Below are positions 11,941-25,400 of a stretch of DNA of 64,000 nt, in pieces; position 1 is the stretch's first letter; every line of letters begins with the position of its first letter. Source of the stretch: Paraphysomonas bandaiensis. Its lineage: Eukaryota > Protista > Chrysophyceae. The notes under the pieces are model-generated. The model was not told where the DNA came from. It did no database searches and saw nothing but the letters and a program-made list of their open reading frames with translations. The stretch spans positions 138,355 through 202,354 of the forward strand of contig CBFFRP010000017.1 of the NCBI GenBank assembly GCA_965644295.1. Direction: 5' to 3'. The position numbers and the translations under genes are program-made.

Positions 11941-12252
11941 TATTGAAATATATATTATGACCGTTAGTCGAAGAAAATACACAGTAGTGGTTAACAGTAT
12001 ATCATGAAAAGTAACAACATGATAGCTACTGTACTAATGAAACTGAATATTATAATATATTGATCCTAATATACAAGATAGTGACGATATGTAAGGTCGG
12101 TCGAGAAATGGTGGGTCGTAGAGATGACATGATAATAATATATTGATGAATGAGAAGAGATATTATTGATAATAATTTTAACAAGATTAATGAGTGAATA
12201 CACGTTCAGTTAACTTATAGTAAATCATCCAGTTGTGTCATATAACTTAATA
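11941..12252 (+). repeat. Diverged solo LTR related to copia element 1
   Basis: ATGATAGCTACTGTAC..GAAACTGAATAT..TACAAGATAGTGACGAT..GTAAG..AGAAATGGT aligns with LTR1. Putative ends TATTG...TAATA, 312 bp; no matching TSD seen. Confidence 0.7.
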
Positions 12253-12267
12253 GAATGTATGTGCTAT

Positions 12268-13067
12268 CAGGGATAGGGAACAATATATTGCAATACTATT
12301 GTTAGATAGCGTTCCATCAATAGTATTGATGGATTTTTTAAACCGGTCCTACAATACAATTACAATATATTGCAATATATTGTCAATGTATTGCAATATA
12401 TTAGTATGACTAATCAGTAGGTAAACACATCCGTAGATTTCATTTTTAGTATTAGTCATTAAGATCACATGACAACCAATACAACTGCTGCTTATAGCTA
12501 CTAAAAATCCACCTCGTCCTCATCCTCTGAGTCATCGTCGGTGACGTCAACATCACCATATTCATCCACAGAATAAATTGAAATATATGCTAGTATCCGG
12601 TCATAACTGTCGAATAGCTTTCAGAAACAACAGCATATTAAGTAGGATGGATACTTTTGCGCAACACTGATATAATATGTTTAGCTGTGCTGAACAGACG
12701 TTCCCATGTATTGGAAGTACATACCAGGGCCAGGCAACCGTTAATGACTCGTGGATCTCTACGTTTCTTAATTTTTTGAGCTGACTGAAGGTTTTTAGTC
12801 GCATAGTCAACATCAGCTTCATTATCCTTTGTAATGTTGTAATCAATTTCTCGGTTATTTATATCCATTTTGCACCCTACAGTTGAGAATCTTTTCTTAT
12901 ATGACTACATAATATTGATTGCAATATATTGCAATAGTATTGTGAGCTCTTTTAACAGAAACACTATTGATGGAATATTTGACTAGTCCACCAATCAATA
13001 TACTTTACAATATATTGCAATATATTGTACAATGTATTGCAATACAATATATTGTTCCCTATCCCTG
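12268..13067 (-). mobile_element. Non-autonomous hAT transposon (800 bp)
   Basis: TIR CAGGGATAGGGAACAATAT / ATATTGTTCCCTATCCCTG; 8-bp TSD TGTGCTAT (12260-12267, 13068-13075); CAATATATTG subterminal repeats; relic of the hAT dimerisation domain (CTSNTWERLFSTAKHII). Confidence 0.93.
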
Positions 13068-13518
13068 TGTGCTATAGTACAGGGCCTAGTAACCAATAAT
13101 AGTAATGACATTAATTGATTAATGGGTCCTTTAACAGTTACCACTGAGGCCCTGTTGTAATATGCATGTACTATATATCAAAATATTGCAGAGAATGGCA
13201 CGGAAACAGCAGATCTCAGACAACTTGAAAATTCTTCATGTAAATACTTTTCAGCATTTTACTTCAGTCATGCAGCTCTTAACTTTTAACCACCTTCATA
13301 ACGAGAGTTTTATACACTCTCTTTTCTCTCTAATATGTTCACAATATGCTTATTGTATGATGTATATATATATCTTTTTAATTCATCCTTTCATTATAAT
13401 AATCAGTATATTCCAGTAATCGCACAATAGTAATTGAAACATCAATGTCCGTAATATTTATTGTTATTACCGCACACATGGTAACATTCACACACTTACA
13501 ATATAATAACGAAGCAAG

Positions 13519-16500
13519 CTATATGTAACTCTTATCATGAAGTCGTTTGGACCTAGCTTCCCTGGCAAAAGGACTGTCCCTCTACAACGATTAATGTTAG
13601 CAACATAATATACAATATAGATATTCCACGTACCGATAACATTGCCTTTTTGGGAGAAGGTGATGCCTTCAGGTCCTCCATGCTATCATGTACATTTTTC
13701 CTCTTGACGGGAGACTGGGTGTTGCTCAGTGCAAATCTGAATACAGACATCGTAAGCATAGAAAAATATAGGTTGAAAGCAATCGAGCGTACTTATTGAC
13801 TGGTATCGTAGCCACGGGGTCCCGCTGTGTCATATCCGCGTCACGTCTCTTCGACCCGAGAACGGATCTCCGTTCCACAGGACTCTGAGGTGACTCATAC
13901 TTTCCCTCTCCATATCCTGAAAAATCTCGCCCAGTTGGCGGCATCACGGAGTTCTGAGTATACGTCTCAGAAAAGAGCCCCTCGCCTTGATGGTACTGAG
14001 AGGATTCCATAGCAGAGTATGAACACTCCTCTTCTGCGGCCATCTCGGCCTCACGCCTCTCATTCATCACCTCTTCAACCATTCGAGCCAATGAGGCCTT
14101 ACCAGTATGGTTGGCAATCGTCATTGCTGCAGCTAGACCTTCGATAGTTGAAAAGCGACCTATTAAGTCCAGTGCTGCAGAAATTCGCTGCTTCTTGCAG
14201 CATTCATGAAAGTATCGTCCTAGCGCCTTGTCCATCTCTATTGTTCGAGTAGTATATTCCTCCTCCAGTGCTGACTGATCTACACTCTGCAGTGGTGTGG
14301 TTCTCATCGCCGAACAGTGGTGCAGTTGTGTCATACCCCAAAGCATATCTCTAGCCCGTTCATTAGTTCCAGTTCCAGATTTATCTCTAGTGCTTTCTTT
14401 GACCTCCACGATCGGTAGTCGGAAGTTTTTTGCTGTAACCACCGGGGTAGGGTGCACAGCTGGGCGGAATTCACCATTCAACAAAACATAACAGAGCCGG
14501 TCTGACTTCACAGTCACTGGCCACGCGCGATGGTCAACAGTGCGGCAAACGGATGAAGTATTTAACACTGGTGTCCATTGCCATCCCATGCTTCGCAACA
14601 GCACACTTAGAATACCGTTAGTGTCCAAGTAAACGAGAAAGTTGGTTTCTGAAAAAGCCGCCCACTCGACTTCGCCGCCAGGACTGAGTGGAAGTACTAC
14701 GCCTTCCACCACACTTTGGAGAATGCCACTAGGAGGAATGTCGAACAAATCCACGCGGTGTGAAGGAGCCTCTGTGGAGCTGCACCCGGTATTATATATG
14801 ATAGCGAAACTAGTTTCCCATCCACAAAGACAAACTACTGGGCCCTTGAGGCGACAAATTGACAATTGCAGACCCGTCGTCGAGAAAAGGCGCAGATATG
14901 AGGCAGAAGTTGCGACTGCAACCCAGCCCTTTCCGCAACAGAGCGCGTCAACACCTTCGCCAGCGGGAAGAACATATTTAAATGTCTCGTTTGCTGACCC
15001 AACCCTCATGCGGGTACCAAATGACCGGTAGTAGATAACTGACCCGGCAGTTTTGGATTGGAACACTCCCTCCCCAGTATCATCGTTGATGTCTGGAGGA
15101 GCCGCAAATACCGCACCTTCACTGGAGAGATCCGCCATAGTAAAGTCGTGAACGTCTGTAAAATTAGGATGCTTAAGATTATTCGAGGCGTTCGCAAAAG
15201 TGATGTTAATATGGCACCCGACATCATCATAACGGGATACGATATGTCCAATTCCGTTCCAAACCAGATATCGGCGCCGTTTCTCATCAGCAATAGTACT
15301 AGACGGCTGGAACGGCTTCTGTATGAATACATTTGAGTACGTGCCCTCTACACGTGCATCGTCCACGTCATCCTCAACAAGGCCCATGTCAGGTTCATCC
15401 TCAACGTCATCGTCACTATCCTGTACCACAGCTGCCTCAGAAGAGAGAGCAGGTACAGAGTGTGCATCCTGCTTGATTTTCTCAATGCTCGTATCGAATC
15501 CAAAATCATCGTCGCTATCTGAATCAGCAGGTGCACCTGAAGCTCTGCGAACTCTCTTGTGCTGATCTTTATCCTTCACCAGTGGCGATACTGCATTCGA
15601 CTTAACAACATCAGTACCAGAGCTCTCTTCAGTGGTTGATGCAACAGCAGGTACAGCAGGGGTAGAAGTAGTCACAGTTACCTCTCCTGTGGGCAGATCA
15701 AACCCTAGAGAACATTTGACGATGCCCTCGATACGCGCGCATCCTTTACTTGACAGAAGCATCAGATAGTTGTCGCCTGTTACAGGACCCCAACATACGT
15801 CCATAAGTCTATCGCTATCGCCAGATATAGAGTCGCACTGCAGCGCCCGCATCACTTCTCGAGATAGCATGTCCCACACAACCACCCGACCATTAGTATC
15901 ACACGAGGCCAGGTACCTTCCATTGGGACTGAATGCAACAAGGTGAGCGTAGGCATCGCCGTGTGATTGGATTGGGTCGAGCGGGATAGACACCAACGGT
16001 TGGTCATCATTCCACACTTCTGTCGGGACTCCGTCAGGTCCTTTAGTATAACTGCGAGTCAGAACCATCGGGTTACCGCACTGCGGCACAGCCAGTTGAA
16101 GAGATCCACGAAGGTTTGAGAAGGATAATCGGAACCCCTCTTTCTCGTCGCGACATACGACTGTGGGGAGAACTCCACTTTTCAAGCATACAACGTTACT
16201 ACCCACGTATTGCTTAGCTAGAGGCCCCTTCTCAGTGACCATCCGATATACGATCAAGTCTCCTTTAAGATTTACAATTGCGATATACTCCCCATTCTCG
16301 TCAACTGTAAACCCTCTGACGCCATGACCATGAGTGCTTATGGTGGTCTCGACTAACTTCGTAGTAGTGGATAAAACTTTCACATCCGGCTCTCCAGAAG
16401 ATATAAATCTAAGCTTACAAGTTAGACATATACATTACTTCTGTTTGAACATACATATGCTTGCATCCGCTGAACTCAATGTGGTGTGTGGGTAGTGTTG

Positions 16501-16780
16501 TGCGTGTTAGTAGACCGGAGCTCTTCGACACCTCAGATAAGGGCCGAATATTAACGGAGTTATTGGAACCACACGAGAACGCCATCTCATTTCCATCTGG
16601 ACTAATAGCGATAGCGTATATCTGTCCATCATCGACCTCCTGTGCCTCTCCATCGGCTAGAAGGACATCTATTTCCCCCGTATTGTTACCAGTGTACCAT
16701 TTGTTTGATACAGAGCAGTGAGAGAGCCCACACAGACCTGTGCCGCTCTCTTCAATAGAAAAGATGTTCGGATCGCTCAT
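13519..16780 (-). CDS. WDHD1: WDHD1/And-1/Ctf4 replisome adaptor (4 exons)
   Basis: N-terminal WD40 repeats (VAFSPNGRYLASCDTNGRVVVWD), acidic linker and SepB domain (QKPFQPSST...RRYLVWNGIG, GWVAVATS..YLRLFS..GLQ, QWTPVL). GT-AG introns near 16410-16455, 13740-13793 and 13583-13633. Confidence 0.9.
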
Positions 16781-17197
16781 TATGTATGTGATGGTGTTGC
16801 TCCAGCTCTACTCTATTAGCAACAGAGCCTCTGTCCAGTCCGTGTATCTCTATATGACCTGAGTGTGCTGCGGATATACCTGCCTGTATACACAGTACAG
16901 TCCACATGTAGAGGAGTGTATGTATGTGTATGTGTGTGTATCTTTCGGTTTGAATTTTAAATCATTGAAATTCATATTTTATTTTATAATAATAGTCAGG
17001 AGCAGCAGCGTTGACCGTATCTTTCACCGACATCTTCAGTTTCAGAGTATACACCGAAGTCTGCAGCAGGAATCATATACGGTGCGGGATACTGGCATAT
17101 AGCATCGCATCCTCCTCCTCCATATGGATCCATATGCATTACCATTACACCATGTAACCCTCCTTAGATCTTTATGCTCTGCTTGTTATAGCAAAGA

Positions 17198-18463
17198 ATG
17201 CCGAGTACTGACGATAAACAAAGAGACGCTGCTGTCTTGGCGCAGTTCCGTGATGCAATTAGCCCGGAGCTGCTTTCAGCTTTGCAGGAATCAGATTGCA
17301 TGCGATTTATTCGAGCTCGAAAATATGATGTTGCTAAAGCTGCTGAAATGGCTGAAAACTGGTGGAAGTGGTATCACACACCTATTTCCGGTCAAGATAA
17401 TGTGACTCCTGCGAATTGCTTACGGGACCCATATCCGATGGAACATATTCGACAACGATTGACTCCTCATTCGAATGTGGGAGTTGATAAAGAAGGAAGG
17501 CCAATATATTGGGAAATGACTGGACTTATTTCTACTCGCTTTGCGGAATTATCTAAATACTTTAGTGTCGATGAACTTCAATTCCTACATATCCGGCAGC
17601 AGGAGTTAATGATGAAACGGCTCGAATACCTGTCTGCCAAAAGTGGAAAATCGATAGAGAAGGTAGTTTGCGTGATGAATCTTAAGGACTTGGTGTATTC
17701 TTTAGACACACAGGCATTAAAAGCATTCCATTTAACGTTGGTAATTGATCAAAATTATTACCCCGAGCGACTACAGTACTTGTTCATGATCAATGCACCG
17801 TGAGTTTCCGACTTGTGTGTATGTGATGGTGTATTAATCTGATATCTTAGATGGTTCTTCACTGCTACATGGGCAATGGTGCGGACATGGCTGGATCCTG
17901 TCACTGCAGATAAGATTAAAATTGTAGGCAGTGACTACTTGAGTACGTTGCGAGAGCATATACCAGATTGCGAAATTCCTCCGGAACTTGGTGGTAGCTG
18001 CCAGGATTTTACGTGGCAGTATCCGTGGCCGGAGCGAACTGGGATATCACCTTCACAACTAGGATATGTTGACGGTGAGCCAGAGGATGATGGTGAAGGC
18101 TCCGAGATTGATGAAGATGAAGATGACTGGAGTTTTCATGGTAGCTATAGACAGTCTATATCACAGCGTGATAGACAATCAAAGAAAGCAAGTATTACAA
18201 GTATCGATCTTATACTGGGTGGGCAATTTATACGCCGGCTTGCGAAGGAGTCCCTTTTCAATAAAAGCATTTTCTATATGTTGTTCTGTGCAATATGCTT
18301 GGGTGTGTGCAGTGTATACTTTTTCACCATATGGTTATTTATGCAGAAGTATGATGCCGTGATTATGGTTTTTTCGATGACAGTGCAACTTATAGTTCTG
18401 AGTTGGATATGGACGGATTTATTACTTGTTAATCTACGCAAGCTCTTTGAATTAAATATGTAA
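17198..18463 (+). CDS. Sec14/CRAL-TRIO lipid-binding protein with C-terminal hydrophobic helices (2 exons)
   Basis: RFIRARKYDVAKA, GVDKEGRPIY, QNYYPERL..LFMINAP|WFF, WLDPVTADKI, IPPELGG. Intron ~17800-17850. Confidence 0.92.
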
Positions 18464-19429
18464 TCTAATAATAAGATAGAAGATATAGATATGAAGAAAC
18501 AGATATGTCTGAGTGTCCTTTGCTTAATTCTACACATAAGAAGAAATCAAAGCATATAACAGTTAACAGAACAGCAATAATTAATTATCCATTTTTAGAT
18601 CAGTATCGCACAAAGGAGTAGGTATACATTACATATATTTGATAAATCTGTAGGCAGTAATACATACATGTTGTCTATATATTGTCCTGTTAGATTTGAA
18701 CATCCGAAACAATGTTAAGGGAACGATTCTAGTGTACGGCAGAATGTACTCAGGTGCGGAGAACTCAACTTCACCTGAAGCTCACTGCATGCGATCCAAA
18801 CATCAACGCAGTTTTGTGTCATGTGGATCTAATTATGCAAGCATATGATCTCGAGGATCCAGCATGATATCCATATACAGTACTACAGCAGTATATGAAT
18901 ATATCTTGCGTATACTAATGCACACACTACGCTTCGTAGTGCTGTAGTTCCGCTCAGAAGAAGGCCAACCACACACAATGTATTCTGTACGTATACTAGT
19001 GAAACAACTACATCCTCCCATATCGAATCATATCTGGTCATGATGCTCTGATTGGTATACAATACTTGTGGAAATTATCTGGAATCTTTTTCAGTGGCGG
19101 TTTGACAGTTAGATTCCGTATTTTTTTTGGAATAGCATTACAAAAAAACACGCACCCCTCTCACAATCCCGCCAACATCCCATACAGGCATACATACGCT
19201 ACTACATCATCTGGATCGTACATCTGCTCGCCAACAGAAGGGACCACCTCCGAGACAGAGAGGAGGGTAGAGATACTTACATTCTCAACTGCTGACCACG
19301 ATTAAATTCACATTATATTGTATTGCTTCGTAAGAAGCCATTGAATTGTGTGTGTGGTCTATCATCGAGGGTCACCCTCTTGACTCCCCAGTCTCTCTGT
19401 TGTAGTATTTTTTATTGTATATTGTGGAA

Positions 19430-22400
19430 ATGTTTCTTGCGGCTTTAATTCTCTATACCATTAAATCCTGTCATGCGGACGGTATTATTTCCTGTATTGA
19501 TATGTATATGTTTAGTAATATGTTTGCGCAGGTGCGGATATGTACTTCGATTTCAGCGATGGCTTAAGTGGACTCGACTTCAGTTTTGATTTCAGCGGAA
19601 TCGATTTCAGTGGTGACTTCTCACTCGACGAATCTTTCCTTTTCGATTCTATGCAGTACCCAACTATGTTCCCGTCTCACTACTCCTTTGACTTTAGCCA
19701 TTCCACTGATTTTTCAGAGTTTTCAGAGGAGTTTTCTGCCGCTTATTCACATGAGATTTTCAGCTCTGTCACTGACACCCATTACCCAACTCCTTTTCCA
19801 ACTTCTTTCCCCACTGTGAATCCCACATTGAGCCCTACTCTGATACCCACAGTCAGCCCTACTCTCACACCCACACTGAATCCTACTCTCACACCCACAG
19901 TGAACCCTACTCTCACACCCACAGCTTTGCCAACTCGAGAAGGTGAGACTCTCCGTCCCACGGCCTCCCCAACTGTGCTTCCCTCTGGACGACCTTCTTT
20001 TACTCCCACGTCTGCACCGACTCTTTCTGTTGGCACAGTGTGGAAAGAGGCTATTGACACTTTCCTTTCGAAATACCCTTCACAAGGATCAAAGCGCTCT
20101 GTGTACACAGGAATTTACGACGGTGTGGCCAATGAAGACGTCGTCGGAGGGTGCAGCGATTTAACTGTGTTTATCGCTGACGACGTGAGAACTAAACTTA
20201 TTACTGATACAGTTATTCGGCTTACTCTTGCATCTACCGACTCCCCTTATGATCCTATTAATGCCTCAACACTTGTTTGCGAAGGAAGTCGCGAATCTAA
20301 CGTTGATGACTTAGATGCTATAATTGCTGCTCTCACCAATGAAACAGCAGGTGCTGATACGGCGGAAACCTACTTGTGTAACAACACCGAGTGGGTTGTT
20401 GGCTCCTGCTCCACCGGTCATCCTGCGCTTTGCGTGGGGTGCACTAATCCTTGCACCACTACTTCGCGGGACTACAGTGTGACGTGCTCGTCAGCAGATG
20501 ACACAAGTGCAATGAACCTCCTAATCATGGACTTTGATGTGCTTTTTGTTGCTCCATCTATAGATTCCATTGTGTTGTTGCCGAATGAAACTTCTATTAC
20601 TGCCCAGATCACTGTGTCGGCTGCAGAAGGGAGCCTGGTATGTGCTGCTTACCCTACCTCAGAAAGTTTTGTCCCGTCTAGTGTTAGTACATTGCAAGTT
20701 CAGGGTGACTTCATCAGTGCTGAGTCGACTTCATTGGAATATGTTATTGACAACCTGAGAGCTGCGACTTCATATGACGTCTATTGTGGTACAGCATCAA
20801 CTTTGAATACTCCTATGGAAGTGGGTGACGTTTTGGCCACTCTAACAACGACGAAAACCCTTTGTTGCCGCGTTTTGAGCGTTGATTTGGCGTCGACTTC
20901 GTTCACGGACGACGAAGATGTGGCGGGGGCCTTAGTTTTAGATGTAGGTATTCGTCCTACCAGTCTCACTGTCACTATCACTACGCAATATAGCACCAGC
21001 GCAATGGGGAGCACCTCAACCGTTGCCGTGTTTTCTCCTACGTCACGTACCTTCACTGCGTCCGTTGCCAGTACTGCGAGCATGGCCTATAAGCGAAGCG
21101 CTGTGGGATACTACACTCTGACTGCCTCCCTCTCGGGTACATCTGCAGGAGACTATGAGGTGGTTTACTCCCTAGGTAACTCATTCACAGTTAACTCTTC
21201 AACCGTTGAGCCTCCCCCCCCTGTCCTCTCGTCAGCGCGATTTTCCAATAGTGGGAACAAAATAACTGTCCGATTCAGCTCAGCCACTAACAGAGCGGGA
21301 GCATTTAACATCCTTTCTAAATGCCATAATGTGTTTTCGGTAGCGGGTATTTCCTCCAAAACTCTGTGTGTATGGTTGAGCGACACTGTAGTTGATGTGT
21401 TTGTTGCCGGAAACAGCGGGCCTTCCGTAGGAGGGTCACTGACACTAATGACTAATACAATCAAAGCCAAGTGCACTATCTCTGCAGGGTGTTCCTCTTG
21501 GAAGTATAGCCCAAGCACATCAGTTAATATTTTAACTGCTCTTTCTCCAATTTCCCCTTCGGTATCCATAGCAGGACCAACTGAAATTGGCGCATGCGAT
21601 GCCCTAACATTTGATATTGCGAGCTCCACTGGATCTGGGGGGCGACAATGGAAGTCCGTGACGTTTTCCGTTGTAGGAACCGATGCTAGCAGAACTTCTA
21701 TCGCCACTTTTCTAGGAACAGTAACTGACTATAGTAGGGCTATTACAGTTTCCAACTCGCTTATGGTTCCTGGCAATGCTTACACCATAGCTGTTCGCAT
21801 GTGTAATTTCTTGGATTCTTGTGGTCAAGACTCTCTATCCTACGTTATATCTACTTCTCAAAATGTTCCAGTGGTGCGTCTAAATAGTGATAAGTTAAGC
21901 ACAACCGAGCGCTCCAAATCTCTATCTATTTCAGGCGAAGCGTTTTCCAAGTCGTGCTCTGGAAGCAAGGACAGCTCTGGGCTGACGTACTCGTGGAGTA
22001 TTTACAAAGATAATGCTCTTCTGGTCGATAACGCATTCAAGTCAACATCTGTGGATACTGCAGTTTTCCTCCTTCCTCCTTACACTCTTGCCGTCAACGC
22101 TATATATGAGGTAGTGTTAACTGTTCGGCATAGCGTATCCCGTAAATACTCAAGTGCCTCCACGACAGTAGCTGTTGAAGTTGGTGATGTGATTGCAGTT
22201 ATTGACAAGGCATCAGCCTTTGGTTTAAGAGTCTCAGACACTGTGACAATAGACGCATCCTCCAGTTATGATGAGGACTACAGCGATGTCACTGGGACCG
22301 CAGCTGGGCTGACTTACTCGTTTTCATGCGTACGTGTGTCTCCGACATATGACGAGGACTGTGGCTTGAACATCACCACTTCGACCACAGCTATTACTCT

Positions 22401-25400
22401 CGCTGTTCCATCACAAAACATCTCGTATGTCGATTCGGTTCACGAAATAACTGTATTCGTTTCCCATTCCGCGTCTTCAAGGACGGCACAGATTTCTACA
22501 GAGGTGACTATCCTTGAGTCTCTCGCCGCTTTGGTGTCACTGTCATCTGCTAGTGGTACACGTGTTAACCCATCCTCGAAGTTGGTGCTACAGGGAACAG
22601 TAGAGTACCCCAATGCCGGATCGTCTGTGTGGTCTGTAGACGACACATCGCTGGCTCTATCTTCTGTCGCTCTCTCTCCTATAACTAAAGTCATACCCAG
22701 CCCGGGTGCACCAACTGGGCGAATTCAGGTCAGCCTTGTATTGCCCAAGAACATTCTAGCAGAGCAGTCTACGTATACATTCTCGCTAACTGTTTCCATG
22801 AGTACCGGTCATGTAAGCACCGCCAAGTTTGAGATATCTACGAATAGTCCTCCGCTAGTGGGCGAGTTCAATGTTGATCCTTTAAATGGTACCGAATTCA
22901 GTACCGAATTCCTGTTTTTTACATCACAATGGGAAGATAGTGATCTTCCACTGACGTACGAGTTCAGTCATTATGCCTCAGGTGAGATATCTCAGTTTCG
23001 CCCGCGCAAGAGACTGAGCTACGCCACTTCTAAACTTCCAGCTGGCCGCACCTCAACATCTACGTACTCGGCACGGGTGTATGTCTACGATGTTCTTGAT
23101 GGTGTATCCACTACCACCACGGAAGTTATGGTACTTGATAACACGAATATTACTACTTCAGATCTTTCAAACGACTTAGCACAAAATCTAGCTGCAGGTA
23201 GCACCACAGCCATCTCCAGCAGTGCTTCTGTGGTATCCAGCATTATCAATTTTGTAGAATGCAGCGGCGCCCCCAACTGTTTCGATTTAAACAGAAGAAA
23301 TTGCTCCCAAGTTCAGGACACTTGTGGTGAGTGTTTGTCTGGTTATGTCGGTGAAAGTGGCGACAAAAATTCGCCATGTGTATCTGAGACGCGGAGGAGA
23401 CTCATTTCCACTGTAGCTACGACGTGTATTGTGGACACGGATTGCAACTCAGATATGTTTGAGGTGTGCTCAGCAGGAGAGTGCGTTGTTGCTTCTAAAA
23501 CTTGTGAGAGTGACTGTTCCGGAAATGGTGTATGCCAGTTTGTCAGTGCCTATATTGTTGACGATTCAGATCCCCATTACCATGTAGCAACGTGCGATAT
23601 ACTGGATTCAGGTTGTTTTGCTATGTGTGAATGCGTCAGTGGTTTCGCCGGGTCTTATTGCCAGTATACAGAGGCGGGTTATATAAACTCACAGGCGATC
23701 CGCCAGCTGCTTGTGGAGGCCTATGAGTCTCTCGTGGCCACTCAGAACCCATCCAGCGACGTAGTTATTTCGTGGATTAGTGGTCTGGTGGCCGTATCCA
23801 AAAGTTCAGAGGATATGTCTGATGAGACCAAAGCACTCATGATTGAAGTAGCTCAAGATGTTATTGACGTCGCAACTACACTTAATTTGCCCTACGAAGA
23901 CATTGCAGGCATTGAGCAGCTGTTAGGACTTACTCTACCGGTGGTAGGTTCAAGTGGACGCCGGCGTCTGACACCCGAAGCTGATGCTTTGGCGCTTCTT
24001 AAGGCATTTGCACAATTCATTATTGATGACATTGTTGTTGGGCAGAGTGCTGTTGAAGTCATCTCTGATTTATTTCGCATTTCTGCGAATTCGTATGATG
24101 GCTTGAGTGACACGACGACGTTTTCCCCCCAATCTGTGATTGAAGTTTTGGCCGGAACGGATTCCCACAGTGTCTCTCTTCCAGCGGATCAGGACGGCGG
24201 AGCCTTCAAACTACTTCTCACAGAAGTACTAGTCTCGGTATATTCGAGCACCTCTAGTAACCTCGTTCAATCTGTACCACTAACGATGTCATTCGACCGA
24301 TCCCTTTGCGATACCGCTGCCAGTAACCTCAGCACGTGCTCCTTCAATATCACTCTACAAAATTTTGAGTTTGGTGAGCACGTGGTTGATGAGTGGAAAG
24401 AGTACACAACTGAGTGCTATAGCGGTTTGGTTAAAAATCACACGTACTCCTGCCCATCGGGGGAAAATCTTGTTGTGGAGTGCGATGGTGTATACCATGG
24501 GTACTTAATATCTCCTTGTCCAACACATGTAGCGACCTCGCAGTGCTCGTCATTGGGAGCTTTTACAGGGCAGTGTGAAGTGATTTCTTTTACGGAGGAC
24601 ATCACAACCTGCCGCTGTAGCCTCCCAGGTACAGCAGATCCCCTCGAAGCTGAGTATACTTCGACTGCTAGCTCCACTCTTGAGTACCACGCTTCTACCA
24701 GAGCGCCGTATACGAGCTCAAGTGATGATGCCTCACAGTCGTGGGCCGTACTGATATGTACCATGGCAACTATTGGAGTTACAATGATTGCTGGAGGTTT
24801 TGTTAGTTTCCGTTCCCCTAATGAAGGTGAGAGCAAGGTGGCCCCGGCATTGAATGAGTTCCAACTTGTTGACCGCTCGCTTCCTGATATTTATCAAAGT
24901 AAGCCACTTGTGGCGCTCATTGCGTATGAATTATGCTATCGCCATCGCTGGTTACAGCTTGTGTTCGACGACTATCGTAGAGTGGTTCGAATCTTGTCTC
25001 TCTTTATGAATGTCATGGTTGTGTTTTTCTTGGAGTCTTTAGTGTATAATTACGCCGATAACAGAGAGAATAACTGTGAGGATGAAACCTCTAAATCAGA
25101 CTGCGAACGCGAAAAGTCCTTTCTTGGAATGGGAGATTCCATGTGTCGCTGGAGTACCAGCAATGACACGTGTTATTTCAAGGACCCAGACAACGATTTT
25201 TTGCGCATTCTTTTCTGTGCCGTTTTTGTAGCTGTTCTTACTGTACCGTGCTACATTCTGATTGATATTCTCGTAGTTCATGTAATGTTTGGTGACTCCA
25301 CTGAAAGGGGCAACGTATCACCCGCTCCAAATGGTAGGTCTGCTACTGCAGTGACTGCGCCAGTCAAGTCGCTTGACGAAGAATTTGAGGAGATGACGTC

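Noticed and set aside
19780-20030. 12-bp-period repeats resembling an array
   Set aside because: They encode the PTxx stalk of the REJ protein; not CRISPR, and no cas genes or spacers are present.
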